Assembly (NCBI GenBank): GCA_025355345.1
Contig: JANXZU010000133.1
Location: 4,075 to 68,074 of the forward strand
Source: Syntrophaceae bacterium
GTDB taxonomy: Bacteria > Desulfobacterota > Syntrophia > Syntrophales > Smithellaceae
Direction: 5' to 3'
DNA: 64,000 nt
A program made the position numbers and the translations under genes. The notes below the pieces were generated by a model. It searched no databases, was not told where the DNA came from, and was given only the letters and a program-made list of their open reading frames with translations. Below are positions 42,363-51,435 of this stretch, one piece after another; within the stretch, counting starts at the first letter, position 1, and the number at the start of each line of letters is the position of its first letter.

Positions 42363-43574
42363 TCATCCGCTAACGACTGATGCGAGCTTAAATATAGGCA
42401 AATACATAGCGATAATCATACCACCAACGATTCCACCCAGGAAAACCATCATTACCGGTTCTAATAAAGCCGTCATGGCATCAACTGCAGAATCAACTTC
42501 ATCGTCGTAAAAGTCAGCAATTTTCGTGAGCATTGTATCAAGGGCACCGGTGGCCTCGCCAACTGCAATCATTTGCACGACCATTGCCGGGAATATTCCT
42601 GTTTCCGCCAGTGGCTCAGCTATCGTTCGTCCCTCACTGATACTTTGACGTGTTTTTAACAAAGCATCCTCGACAACTTTATTGCCTGAAGTTTTGCTGA
42701 CAATGTTTAAACCCTCAAGAATGGGCACGCCCGAACTCATCATTGTGGATAGAGTACGGGAAAATTTTGCTACTGCCACTTTTTTTAATAGTGTCCCAAA
42801 AACCGGCGCCCGAAGTGACAGAGAGTCAATGATCCACCGTCCTTTTTCTGTATTATAAAATCGATTGAACAAAAACCCAATCCCGAATACAATAGCACCG
42901 ATACCCCACCAATAACTTTGAGTAAACTCACTTGCTGCAATCAACATCATTGTCGGCGCGGGAAGTTGCCCACCCATGCCTTCAAACATCTTTTGAAATA
43001 CGGGGATAACCTTGAGCAGTATTAAAGTAACTACCGAAAACGAGATAACCAGAACAGCTATAGGATAGGTCATCGCGCTTTTAACCTTGGCTTTCAACTT
43101 CATTGCCTTTTCCATATAATTAGAAAGACGTCCTAATATAATATCCAACATTCCACCGGCTTCGCCGGCTGCAATTAAATTTACAAAAAGATCGTCAAAC
43201 ACCTTGGGATATTTTTTTAAAGCATCGGTCAAACTTGTGCCACCTTCAATATCTTCCTTGATAGACCGAATAATTTTGGCAAATACTTTATTTTCCTCCT
43301 GCTGGGACAAGAGGTCCAGGCACTGAATCAGGGGAAGACCGGCATTAATCATTGTGGAAAATATTCGGCAAAAAACAACAACATTTTTTTCTTTAATTTT
43401 CCCTTGCAAGAAAGGTAAGTATTCCAAAAGATCTTTGGGCTTTTTCCTGACCTCAATGGCCTTAAAGCCTTGCCTGCGCAATAAGCCGCGCACGATAAGT
43501 TCATCAACTGCTTCCATCTCCCCTTTTTTTACCTCGTCTTTTCTTGTTGTTCCTTCCCAAAGAAAAACTGGCAT
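42363..43574 (-). CDS. pilC: Type II secretion system protein F / type IV pilus platform protein PilC family
   Basis: The protein is 403 aa with two T2SSF repeats ('FSTMINAGLPLIQCL', 'LSTMMSSGVPILEGL') and the C-terminus 'GGIVGGMIIAMYLPIF'. Confidence 0.88.
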   Translation of the reverse strand: MPVFLWEGTTRKDEVKKGEMEAVDELIVRGLLRRQGFKAIEVRKKPKDLLEYLPFLQGKIKEKNVVVFCRIFSTMINAGLPLIQCLDLLSQQEENKVFAKIIRSIKEDIEGGTSLTDALKKYPKVFDDLFVNLIAAGEAGGMLDIILGRLSNYMEKAMKLKAKVKSAMTYPIAVLVISFSVVTLILLKVIPVFQKMFEGMGGQLPAPTMMLIAASEFTQSYWWGIGAIVFGIGFLFNRFYNTEKGRWIIDSLSLRAPVFGTLLKKVAVAKFSRTLSTMMSSGVPILEGLNIVSKTSGNKVVEDALLKTRQSISEGRTIAEPLAETGIFPAMVVQMIAVGEATGALDTMLTKIADFYDDEVDSAVDAMTALLEPVMMVFLGGIVGGMIIAMYLPIFKLASVVSG

Positions 43575-43709
43575 ATTTTATTAGATCCTTTCTTTAATGG
43601 TGAAATATTAACTTTAGTAACTCTTATATAATAAACTATCTTCAGTTTAAGTTCAACCCGTTAAATAGGTTTAAGAACAATCAACTTTTTGCTGAAAAAC
43701 ACCATTAGA

Positions 43710-44462
43710 TCATATTGGGACATTTTTCTTCATGCTGCGCTGGCAAAAAATTTCATATTGAATGATCCCTGCTGCCACAGCAACATTAAAGGAATCAAAA
43801 CTTCCCGACATGGGAATAGTCAGCAAAAAATCGCATTTCTTTTTAATTAGAGGACGAATGCCTTTTGCCTCTCCCCCTAATACTAAAACAACAGGACAAT
43901 TAAAATCCATCTGGCTTAAATTGGTTCCGCTGTGAGCTTCCGCACCAAAAATCCAAAAACCTTTATCTTTTAAATAATCGATTGTTTGCGATAAATTAGT
44001 TACGCGTGCGACAGGTAACTCACCGGCGCTTCCGGCGGATGCCTTAATAACTGCAGCCGTTACAGGAGCGGCGCGGTCTGTCGGGATGACAACACCGTTG
44101 GCACCTAAGCAATGTGCTGTACGTATTATTGATCCAAGATTCTGCGGATCCATAATGCTGTCAAGAATCAAAATCAGGTCAAAATTAAAAGATTTGTTGC
44201 GGTTTTTTATCAGAGCTTCTAAATCCGCATAGACAAAGTCCTGTCTCAAACCGATAACGCCTTGATGATCGAGTCTGCCTGCCAATTCATCCAAGCGTTG
44301 CCGCACGCAGAATTCAACAGGAATTTTTTTTTGCCGGGCAGTCTCAATTATTTCCGCAACAACAGAGCCGCCTCTCCCGGAAGCAACAATAATCTTCGTA
44401 AGTCCTGTTTCTTGTTGACCTAAGAGAACTTTGACAGGATTTATGCCGTAAATTGCCTCCAT
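43710..44462 (-). CDS. rlmB: SpoU/TrmH-family 23S rRNA (guanosine-2'-O)-methyltransferase, RlmB-like
   Basis: 'IYGINPVKVLL', 'DSIMDPQNLGSIIRTA', 'VLGGEAKGIR' and 'SFNVAVAAGI' are present. Confidence 0.8.
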   Translation of the reverse strand: MEAIYGINPVKVLLGQQETGLTKIIVASGRGGSVVAEIIETARQKKIPVEFCVRQRLDELAGRLDHQGVIGLRQDFVYADLEALIKNRNKSFNFDLILILDSIMDPQNLGSIIRTAHCLGANGVVIPTDRAAPVTAAVIKASAGSAGELPVARVTNLSQTIDYLKDKGFWIFGAEAHSGTNLSQMDFNCPVVLVLGGEAKGIRPLIKKKCDFLLTIPMSGSFDSFNVAVAAGIIQYEIFCQRSMKKNVPI

Positions 44463-44494
44463 AATTCGCTTTCTACTTGGGTCTGGGTTGGATA

Positions 44495-45244
44495 CTATCT
44501 TTCTGCCAGACCCGCAGCAATTTCCTGATTAATTTGCAGACAAGCTTTAAGTGGATCTTCTGCCTTGCGTATCGGCCTTCCCACAACAATGTAATCAGCG
44601 CCGGATTTTACTGCTTCATACGCGCTGAGCGTTCTTTTTTGATCATCCTTTGCTTCTTCCCCAATGCCACGTATACCCGGAGTCACAATGACGAATTTAT
44701 CATCTAAATCAGCCCGCAACACAGCAATGTCCTGTGCGGAAGAAACTACTCCAGATGCTCCTGCTTTGTGAGCCATTTTAGCCAAATGCAAAACCAGTTC
44801 ATTGGTGCTTTTTTCAAATCCAATTTCCGCTATATCATCATTATTTAAACTGGTGAGCACGGTGACGGCCAAAATAATCGGCCTGGTTTTACCAAGCTTA
44901 TCGGCGCAAGCACAGGCAGCAGAAACTGTCTCTTGAATCATCCTGCTACCGCCCAGGGCATGAACATTAAACATGTCCACATCCGCTTTTACAGCGGCTT
45001 CAGCTGCACGGGCAACAGTATTGGGAATATCGTGAAACTTGAGATCCAAGAATACCTTCTGGCCTTTTTGTTTGATGCTCTCAATAATTTCAGGACCGAC
45101 AGCAGTAAACAATTCTTTGCCAACTTTAAACATCCCCACATGGCCGGAAAGAAGTTCCACCCAGGACAAAGCTTCTTCCATGCTCGCGGCATCAAGGGCG
45201 AAGATCAGTTTATCCCTCGCCTGCTTATTCGAGATATTCTTCAT
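44495..45244 (-). CDS. pyrF: Orotidine-5'-phosphate decarboxylase
   Basis: 'LIFALD', 'FKVGKELF', '[12 protein letters not shown]' and 'IVVGRPI' are present. Confidence 0.93.
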   Translation of the reverse strand: MKNISNKQARDKLIFALDAASMEEALSWVELLSGHVGMFKVGKELFTAVGPEIIESIKQKGQKVFLDLKFHDIPNTVARAAEAAVKADVDMFNVHALGGSRMIQETVSAACACADKLGKTRPIILAVTVLTSLNNDDIAEIGFEKSTNELVLHLAKMAHKAGASGVVSSAQDIAVLRADLDDKFVIVTPGIRGIGEEAKDDQKRTLSAYEAVKSGADYIVVGRPIRKAEDPLKACLQINQEIAAGLAER

Positions 45245-45494
45245 CGCCGAGGAACTCCGTATTGTCCGGAATTGGTTTGAAATCTTCTTTTGAACCTTTT
45301 AAATATTCGGGATGGGCGTAAACAACTTTTCCCGCTGCTATTTCACGCAGTGACTGCACGACTTCTCTGTTTTTGCTCTCGACCAGCGGTTTTGAACCTT
45401 TTAGTAATTGGCGCGCGCGTTTTGATGCCAGTGATACAAGCCCGAACCTGGTTTCGGCGACCAATAAAGAATCTTCTACTGTAATTCTTGCCAT
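45225..45494 (-). CDS. rpoZ: DNA-directed RNA polymerase subunit omega
   Basis: '[10 protein letters not shown]...[15 protein letters not shown]' is present. The gene follows gmk as usual and overlaps the pyrF start by 20 nt. Confidence 0.93.
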   Translation of the reverse strand: MARITVEDSLLVAETRFGLVSLASKRARQLLKGSKPLVESKNREVVQSLREIAAGKVVYAHPEYLKGSKEDFKPIPDNTEFLGDEEYLE

Positions 45495-45521
45495 TTATTT
45501 AGAACCTCCTGAAACTATATA

Positions 45522-46130
45522 TTATTTTTTAATATATTCCTTAATCTTATCTTTCAATCTGTTTCTTTTACATTTTTCGGCAACATATATCGCCATCAAT
45601 TCATTGGCGGCTGTTTCCAGATCTTCATTAAAAATTATGTAGTCATACCACGAAACTTCTTTTAATTCACTCTCTGCTTGCGCAAACCTGGATTTAATTG
45701 CTTCATCTGTCTCATGACCACGTTTTTCCAATCTTTTTAAAAGTTCAATGCGCGAAGGCGGAAGAACAAAAACAAATATGCTTTTTTTATACTTTTGCTT
45801 TATTTTCTTTGCACCACGCGGCTCAATATCAAGCAACAAATCCTTACCGTTTTCTAAAATATCATCCATAGCTTTAATGGAAGTGCCGTAAAGGTTACCA
45901 TAATTTTCTATCCACTCGACAAATTCATTTTGATCGATGCGCTCCTGAAATTCATCGCGGGAAATAAAATGATAATCCTTCCCGTTTATTTCACCGGGTC
46001 TCGGTTCTCTGGAAGTATAGGATACTGAAAATTTTATTTCCGGGCACGCCATAAGTAAGCGCTGACAAATGCTGCTTTTTCCTGCGCCCGACGGAGCCGA
46101 AACAACGATAAACAATCCTTTTTTTGACAT
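45522..46130 (-). CDS. gmk: Guanylate kinase
   Basis: The P-loop 'SAPSGAGKSS', 'YTSREPRPGEINGKDYHF' and 'LDIEPRGA' are present. Confidence 0.95.
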   Translation of the reverse strand: MSKKGLFIVVSAPSGAGKSSICQRLLMACPEIKFSVSYTSREPRPGEINGKDYHFISRDEFQERIDQNEFVEWIENYGNLYGTSIKAMDDILENGKDLLLDIEPRGAKKIKQKYKKSIFVFVLPPSRIELLKRLEKRGHETDEAIKSRFAQAESELKEVSWYDYIIFNEDLETAANELMAIYVAEKCKRNRLKDKIKEYIKK

Positions 46131-46135
46131 TCTTA

Positions 46136-47014
46136 CTACTCGACATTCTGCGCCTGTTCACGCAATTTACCCAGTTCACTCTTGGCATCAATTACCTGTC
46201 GGGCAATTTCAGCATTATTACTTTTGGAACCGATCGTATTAATTTCACGGTTCATTTCCTGGAGAAGAAAATCTATTTTCTTTCCCTCGGCATCCTCACT
46301 TTGCAGCAGTGCATCAAATTGACTGATATGACTCTGCATCCGCACTATTTCTTCGGTAATATCACACCTGTCCGCCATGATTGCAACTTCCTGCGCTAGA
46401 CGGGCATCGTCAAGCGCGTATCCTGCAGTGAGATCCTTAATTCTATCGGCCAAGCGTTTTTGATACTCCAGAACAACTTCTGGCACGCGCAACCGAATCA
46501 CTTCCATAATTTTAGCAATTTCCTTAAGCCGCATATTCATGTCGGAATACAAGGCAATTCCTTCGTCCTGCCTCATATTTCCAAGCATTGATAGCGCTTC
46601 TTGCAGGGCTTTTTCGACTTGTTCCAGAAAATCAGGACTAAGCTTAGTTTCCGAAGGAGGCGTAAAAATATCACGAAAAGCAGTCAGAGATCTTAATGTG
46701 ACCTGTTCCTGCAAATGGAATTCAGATATGAGACGGTTTAAAACATCAAAATAAGCGCGGGCAATATCCAGATTTAAATTCACCTTGGAATTATCGGCAC
46801 CATCGCCTTCCAACCGGATCGACACATCGATGCGACCACGCTGGAATCTTTCCCCGATTTTCTTTTTATACTCCATTTCCAGCGGGAAAAGTGCCGAAGG
46901 TGTGCGCAGAGATATTTCCAGAAAACGATGATTGACAGACTTGGCTTCCACAACAATACTGCGGCCATCAAAAAACGTTTCCACCCGTCCATAACCCGTC
47001 ATGCTTTTAATCAT
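46136..47014 (-). CDS. yicC: YicC-family stress-induced protein
   Basis: 'MIKSMTGYGR', 'KSVNHRFLE' and the C-terminal 'NTIGSKSN...IDAKSELGKLREQAQNVE' are present. Confidence 0.88.
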   Translation of the reverse strand: MIKSMTGYGRVETFFDGRSIVVEAKSVNHRFLEISLRTPSALFPLEMEYKKKIGERFQRGRIDVSIRLEGDGADNSKVNLNLDIARAYFDVLNRLISEFHLQEQVTLRSLTAFRDIFTPPSETKLSPDFLEQVEKALQEALSMLGNMRQDEGIALYSDMNMRLKEIAKIMEVIRLRVPEVVLEYQKRLADRIKDLTAGYALDDARLAQEVAIMADRCDITEEIVRMQSHISQFDALLQSEDAEGKKIDFLLQEMNREINTIGSKSNNAEIARQVIDAKSELGKLREQAQNVE

Positions 47015-47048
47015 TTATCCACCTGACTTCACAAATACTGCTGATTTT

Positions 47049-47585
47049 TTATAATCCATCCGCCATTCTCAACTGCGCTAAATATTTCTCCCGAATCTTG
47101 ATTAGCATGGAAAGCTGTTTCTCGTCCGCGTAATCCGGATAAGTCCAAGGCAGCGCACAAAATTTCTTTCCCTGGTAAACTAAAGTCAAATCAGCGTAAA
47201 TACCATCGCGCAAATAAGGCCGATGCGCAAAGCCTTTGCCTGTTGCTAAAATAAGCTGCGCCTTGGCCAGATAACCGGGATCAATATTAACCTGACGTTT
47301 ACCACTTGATGCTGATTTGCCTTCGAGCTCATTTGTTGCCAATTTTATATCGGGCAATACCTCGGGCCGAATCAGCTTTTCCATCGAAAGAAAGCTCCGG
47401 ACTATTTCCCCACCCATTTCCGGTTTGTAGTAATCCGTATAATCAAAATTCATCTGCTCGCTTATAAAATCGGCCTTACCGTATAAAGCAGACAGCTCGC
47501 TTATTGTTTCATCTACTTGCTTTGCTGTTGACGCAAACACGCTAAAAAAAAGTTTTACCGGTTCAGCTGTAGTGGGTTTACTCAT
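47049..47585 (-). CDS. Conserved hypothetical protein, DUF4416-like
   Basis: 'NIDPGYL...LILATGKGFAHRPYL.DGIYADLTL' and 'LPWTYPDY' resemble DUF4416. The assignment is from memory. Confidence 0.5.
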   Translation of the reverse strand: MSKPTTAEPVKLFFSVFASTAKQVDETISELSALYGKADFISEQMNFDYTDYYKPEMGGEIVRSFLSMEKLIRPEVLPDIKLATNELEGKSASSGKRQVNIDPGYLAKAQLILATGKGFAHRPYLRDGIYADLTLVYQGKKFCALPWTYPDYADEKQLSMLIKIREKYLAQLRMADGL

Positions 47586-48571
47586 AATACTTCGTTTAAT
47601 TCATACTGCGAAACAGTGGCAGTGCCGACCTTACCAACAACAATTCCTGCCGCATGATTAGCCAGACAAGTTGCTTCAGTCAATGAAGCCCGAGCGGCAA
47701 GGGCAAGGGCAAGCACACCGATAACCGTGTCCCCGGCGCCGGTTACATCATAAACTTCTTTAGCCTGTGCCGAAAAAAAAGTATGGTCAATTTTACGTCT
47801 TTTTTCAAACAGACTCATTCCTTCTTCACCGCGCGTTATCAGCAAGGCCTTAAAATCAAATTTGTTCAGCAGTTTTTCGCCCAGCAGCATCAGATCATCG
47901 GAATTATTTATTTCAATACCGGCAGCGCGCTGTGCCTCGTGATGGTTGGGAGTAATCACATGCACCCCCTGATAAATGGAAAAATCACTCTGCTTTGGGT
48001 CCAGACAAATGAATATATCAGAATCTTTAACGATACTTTTTATCCCTTCGATCAATTCCCGGGAAATGACCCCTTTACTATAATCGGAAACAACAATTGC
48101 GCCTATTTTATTGCGAAGCGATTTAACGTAATCTAAAATTTTTTGTGTGCTGGCTTTGGGAATCGGCTTTCTGCTCTCCTGATCAAAGCGCACCACCTGC
48201 TGACCGTGGGCAACGACTCTTGTTTTCAGGGTTGTCGGCCGTCCCTTCTCCACAACAATCCCCGCTGTATCAATTTTGCGGGATCGCAGTTCCTTGATCA
48301 AACCCTGACCGATGTCATCCGCGCCGATAACACCCGTAACATAAACCTTACCGCCCATCGCGTAAATACTGTTAAGAACGTTGGCGCAGCCGCCCAGCAG
48401 GATACTGTCTTTCTGAACATCGACCACAGGCACCGGTGCTTCCGGAGATATGCGGGAAACTTTACCCCAGATGAAATGATCGACCATCACATCGCCGATC
48501 ACCAAAACGCCGGATTGGGAAAAATTAGAAATTATTTCCAAAGCTCTTTTTTTAGATAAAATTTTGTGCAC
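47582..48571 (-). CDS. PfkB-family sugar kinase, D-glycero-beta-D-manno-heptose-7-phosphate kinase (RfaE/HldE domain I)-like
   Basis: 'VLVIGDVMVDHFIWG', 'GGCANV' and 'DVTGAGDTV' are present. There is a 4-nt overlap with the downstream gene. Confidence 0.75.
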   Translation of the reverse strand: MHKILSKKRALEIISNFSQSGVLVIGDVMVDHFIWGKVSRISPEAPVPVVDVQKDSILLGGCANVLNSIYAMGGKVYVTGVIGADDIGQGLIKELRSRKIDTAGIVVEKGRPTTLKTRVVAHGQQVVRFDQESRKPIPKASTQKILDYVKSLRNKIGAIVVSDYSKGVISRELIEGIKSIVKDSDIFICLDPKQSDFSIYQGVHVITPNHHEAQRAAGIEINNSDDLMLLGEKLLNKFDFKALLITRGEEGMSLFEKRRKIDHTFFSAQAKEVYDVTGAGDTVIGVLALALAARASLTEATCLANHAAGIVVGKVGTATVSQYELNEVL

Positions 48572-48874
48572 GGTTATATAGAAACCTCTAAAGTTATTTC
48601 ACGGGTATGAACCCCAAAGCAATCTGCGGGGTATTATACCCTGCTTATGCAGGATAATTCGGCTAACAAACTTCAATACACTTCACTTTCGTAATTGGAG
48701 TTTCACAATAAATTAAAAAAGCGCCAAGAGCGCTCTGGTGCAAATGTTTTTTGAACTCTATTACCAAGCCCTGAATTTGTCAAACGTTTTTTAAAGGAAA
48801 AGCATCCATACTTCCAGCAATAATCCAATATAATTATTGAATACAGCAGGGTTGATCCATCAAACATGCAAACC

Positions 48875-48903
48875 TTGACCGCATTGTTAATCTTCATTAT
48901 AAT
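48875..48903 (+). promoter_or_regulatory. Near-consensus sigma-70 promoter for the MBL-hydrolase gene
   Basis: TTGACC (48875-48880), 17 nt, then TATAAT (48898-48903). It lies about 60 nt upstream of the start codon. Confidence 0.6.
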
Positions 48904-48964
48904 AGCAGGCAAAATAAAAAATCTATTAAAATAGCGGGAATCATACTTAATGAAAGGAATAAAC

Positions 48965-49663
48965 ATGCTCCATATTGAACAATTTCGTTACGGTGATAAT
49001 TTAGCTTACCTCATCTTTGGCAAAACAGAGGCGATTGCAATTGATGGCGGGGCATGGCAGGAAATACTGTCATGCCTGGAAACAAACAACATGATGCTTA
49101 AATTTGTCACAAATACCCATCAACATTACGATCACACATCGGGAAACGACCAACTGCTGCGGAAAACAAAAGCACAATTCTTAAACTCCCCTACCCTCTC
49201 CGATAATCAAGAAATTATTATTGATGGTGACGCGGTTATTGTTTACCGGACTCCGGGACATACAACCGACTCAATCTGTTTTCACACGGGCAATATTCTG
49301 GTGACCGGCGATACCCTTTTTAATGCAACAATAGGCAATTGTTTTTCCGGAGACCAGAAAAGTTTTTATTCATCCATCAAACGCCTGATGGCCCTGCCTG
49401 ATGAGACAAAAGTTTATGCCGGTCATGACTACATTCGCGATTCTCTTGCCTTTGCCAGGCATCTGGAACCGGACAACAAATCGATCGAAAGTTTTCGGCA
49501 TGCCTGCGACCCCGATCATGTTTACTCGACTCTCGCCGATGAACGCAAGATCAACCCCTATTTAAGGTTCAATGAGGAATCAATTATCAATCTGCTGAAA
49601 AAAAACCATCTCCCCCACGCCACGGAATGGGAGAGATGGTCATCATTAATGGCTATTGAATAA
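48965..49663 (+). CDS. MBL-fold metallo-hydrolase (hydroxyacylglutathione hydrolase/GloB-like)
   Basis: 'THQHYDHTSGN' (HxHxDH), 'TPGHT' and 'GDTLF' are present. The start is taken at ATG 48965, with AAAGGA upstream. ATG 48950 is an alternative. Confidence 0.75.
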   Translation: MLHIEQFRYGDNLAYLIFGKTEAIAIDGGAWQEILSCLETNNMMLKFVTNTHQHYDHTSGNDQLLRKTKAQFLNSPTLSDNQEIIIDGDAVIVYRTPGHTTDSICFHTGNILVTGDTLFNATIGNCFSGDQKSFYSSIKRLMALPDETKVYAGHDYIRDSLAFARHLEPDNKSIESFRHACDPDHVYSTLADERKINPYLRFNEESIINLLKKNHLPHATEWERWSSLMAIE

Positions 49664-49680
49664 AGTTCGGAACAGTGTGG

Positions 49681-50355
49681 CTATTTCACCGTATACCCTC
49701 GTCCATCAAGACAGGCAGTAATCGCCCGCTGATAATTATCGCGCAAAGTTTCAGATGCACCGGCAGGCGGTTTCGTCGGGTCATAACTTGTCTGATCTAC
49801 GGCCCAGCTGTGGCACGCATAACGATCATCAGCCTGCTTTTGCTGGCTTTGCCCCTGACGTGGATAGACAAACATTTGCCCTGTCTGTTGCTGGCCGGCA
49901 GCTGGTGGTGCTTGACTGACTTCGCCCTTTGGTGGCTCAACAACGGTATAACCACCAACAGTTGGAGTGTAGTAGACGTCGTTGGCGTAGTAATATGGTA
50001 TTCTGCCCAACCAGATTGTAGTATAAAAAGGAGGTAAAAAAGGAACAAAAAGACCAAACGGAGGCGCTACGACGAGAAAACGCCGCCCCTGCGGACGATA
50101 CCAGACGCCGCCGTTAAAGTGGTATCTGGCGCCACGGTAAAAAATTTCGCGGTGCCCTCCGGGTAGAGATCCGATAAATTGGCCTCGTGCGGGGTAATCG
50201 TGGTTATGCTGATAGCGAGCATCTCTATATTGTTGATGATGGGAACCACGTTCTTGCGCCTGCGCTATCTGCGTAAAACCCAAAAGAATAATTACTAAAA
50301 CTGCTAATATCAAACCGGACACAAAACTTTTTTTTGCATTGTATAGACTTAACAT
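49681..50355 (-). CDS. Exported Tyr/Pro/Gly-rich protein (DUF6515-like core) with a C-terminal two-Cys module shared with the upstream paralogue
   Basis: The signal peptide is '..LLGFTQIAQA/QE'. The core is 'RGARYHFNGGVWYRP..FLVVAPP...YYYANDVYY'. The C-terminus is 'VYPRQGQS..CHSWAVDQTSYDP...AITACLDGRGYTV'. ATG 50355 is preceded by GGAGG. Confidence 0.7.
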   Translation of the reverse strand: MLSLYNAKKSFVSGLILAVLVIILLGFTQIAQAQERGSHHQQYRDARYQHNHDYPARGQFIGSLPGGHREIFYRGARYHFNGGVWYRPQGRRFLVVAPPFGLFVPFLPPFYTTIWLGRIPYYYANDVYYTPTVGGYTVVEPPKGEVSQAPPAAGQQQTGQMFVYPRQGQSQQKQADDRYACHSWAVDQTSYDPTKPPAGASETLRDNYQRAITACLDGRGYTVK

Positions 50356-50397
50356 GTTGACTACCTCCATAAATTTAAGTGTATATTTTTAATGCTA

Positions 50398-50432
50398 CCC
50401 TTTCGCTTTCACAAAATCACGAAGCGGAAGGG
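50398..50432 (-). other. 11-12 bp hairpin between the two paralogous genes, 3 nt after the upstream stop
   Basis: CCCTTTCGCTT (50398-50408) pairs with GAAGCGGAAGGG (50421-50432), including one G-U pair, around a 12-nt loop. No U-run follows on the minus strand, so it is not a canonical terminator. Confidence 0.4.
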
Positions 50433-50434
50433 CA

Positions 50435-51061
50435 TCAGTATTGCACACTATAGCCTCGCCCTTCAAGACAAGCAGACATCGCCCGCCGGAAATCGAAAGC
50501 TCTTCTTTCATAATGAAGATCACGTGCCTGATTACGATTGGCATATGCCTCTTCCAGTTGCCGGGCGGATTCCTGCCGGGAAATATCTGAAGTTGCGCCA
50601 ATAGCAGCACCACCTGCCGCTCCAATCAAAGCTCCTTGTCCGGCGTGTCGCGGTCCGGCAATAAGTGCCCCCAAAACAGCCCCGGCAATAGACATAACTA
50701 TTGTGTCATGACCGGGTGGAGGCATGGGCACAACCCGGACACGCTGTTCATTCGGAATTGATGATTTGCTTGGATCAAAACCGGTCTGCTCCATTGCCCA
50801 GTTGTAACATTCATAGTGATCGCGGGACTGTTGTTTGGCTGTCTGCCCCGATTTAGGATAAAAATAAACCTGAGTAAAGGCAGCGTTTCTGTTCTGGCCT
50901 GCATCTGCGGGCGGCAATTGCTGCTGGGTACGAACTGCTGCGGGATAACATCCCACCAAGGTAAACACTGTTAAGAAAAGCAAAAGCCATAGGCCTATTT
51001 CTGATCTCCAACATCCTGGTGTAAATTCAAATCTCTCTATCTTGCGATTCAATATTATCAT
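50435..51061 (-). CDS. Lipoprotein with a glycine-zipper segment inserted into the same two-Cys module
   Basis: The lipobox is 'FTLVGC'. 'VYFYPKSGQT..CYNWAMEQTGFDP' is followed by 'GAVLGALIAG..GALIGAAGGAAIGA' and then 'AMSACLEGRGYSV'. GGAG lies 7 nt upstream of the ATG. Confidence 0.7.
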   Translation of the reverse strand: MIILNRKIERFEFTPGCWRSEIGLWLLLFLTVFTLVGCYPAAVRTQQQLPPADAGQNRNAAFTQVYFYPKSGQTAKQQSRDHYECYNWAMEQTGFDPSKSSIPNEQRVRVVPMPPPGHDTIVMSIAGAVLGALIAGPRHAGQGALIGAAGGAAIGATSDISRQESARQLEEAYANRNQARDLHYERRAFDFRRAMSACLEGRGYSVQY

Positions 51062-51178
51062 CCGTTTTCTCCTTTTTCTTTATGTATATCAAAATATTTG
51101 ACGGGATATTATCTTTAGTCCCATTGCTTACATTTTTCCTCCGTTTTTATTTTCTCTATCGCTCTATGATAATGATAT

Positions 51179-51195
51179 AGCAATCGACGTGCCAA
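51179..51195 (-). promoter_or_regulatory. Consensus sigma-54 (-24/-12) promoter
   Basis: The minus strand reads TTGGCAC-GTCGA-TTGCT (TGGCAC at 51194-51189, TTGC at 51183-51180). That is an exact match to TGGCAC-N5-TTGC. It lies about 115 nt upstream of the lipoprotein gene. Confidence 0.7.
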
Positions 51196-51435
51196 ATCTC
51201 TTCATTCACAATGCATATCATTGAAATTTTTACTAATATTGGCAGCTTACAAGAAAACAGCAGAATACTATCCCCATAGGAAGCGGGTAATAAGCACCCA
51301 CTTAAACTATCCGGATGTGTATAAAACACCCATATGCCAATCGTAAGCCTGCTAAATCAAAGATGTTGGATTTCAAGCCACAATGATGATATATGTAATA
51401 ATAGTGTAATTAGTTATAAATTATTAAGGCAAACA

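Noticed and set aside
48727-48736. A perfect 10-bp palindrome, AGAGCGCTCT, in the divergent spacer, considered as a possible operator.
   Set aside because: It is a single short palindrome with no second copy or known consensus. The evidence is insufficient to call a binding site.
48703-48966. An 87-aa minus-strand ORF in the divergent spacer between the heptose kinase and the MBL hydrolase.
   Set aside because: It has no SD and a low-complexity Ile/Phe/Asn-rich translation. It overlaps the near-consensus promoter and the start of the MBL gene. It is most likely non-coding AT-rich spacer.
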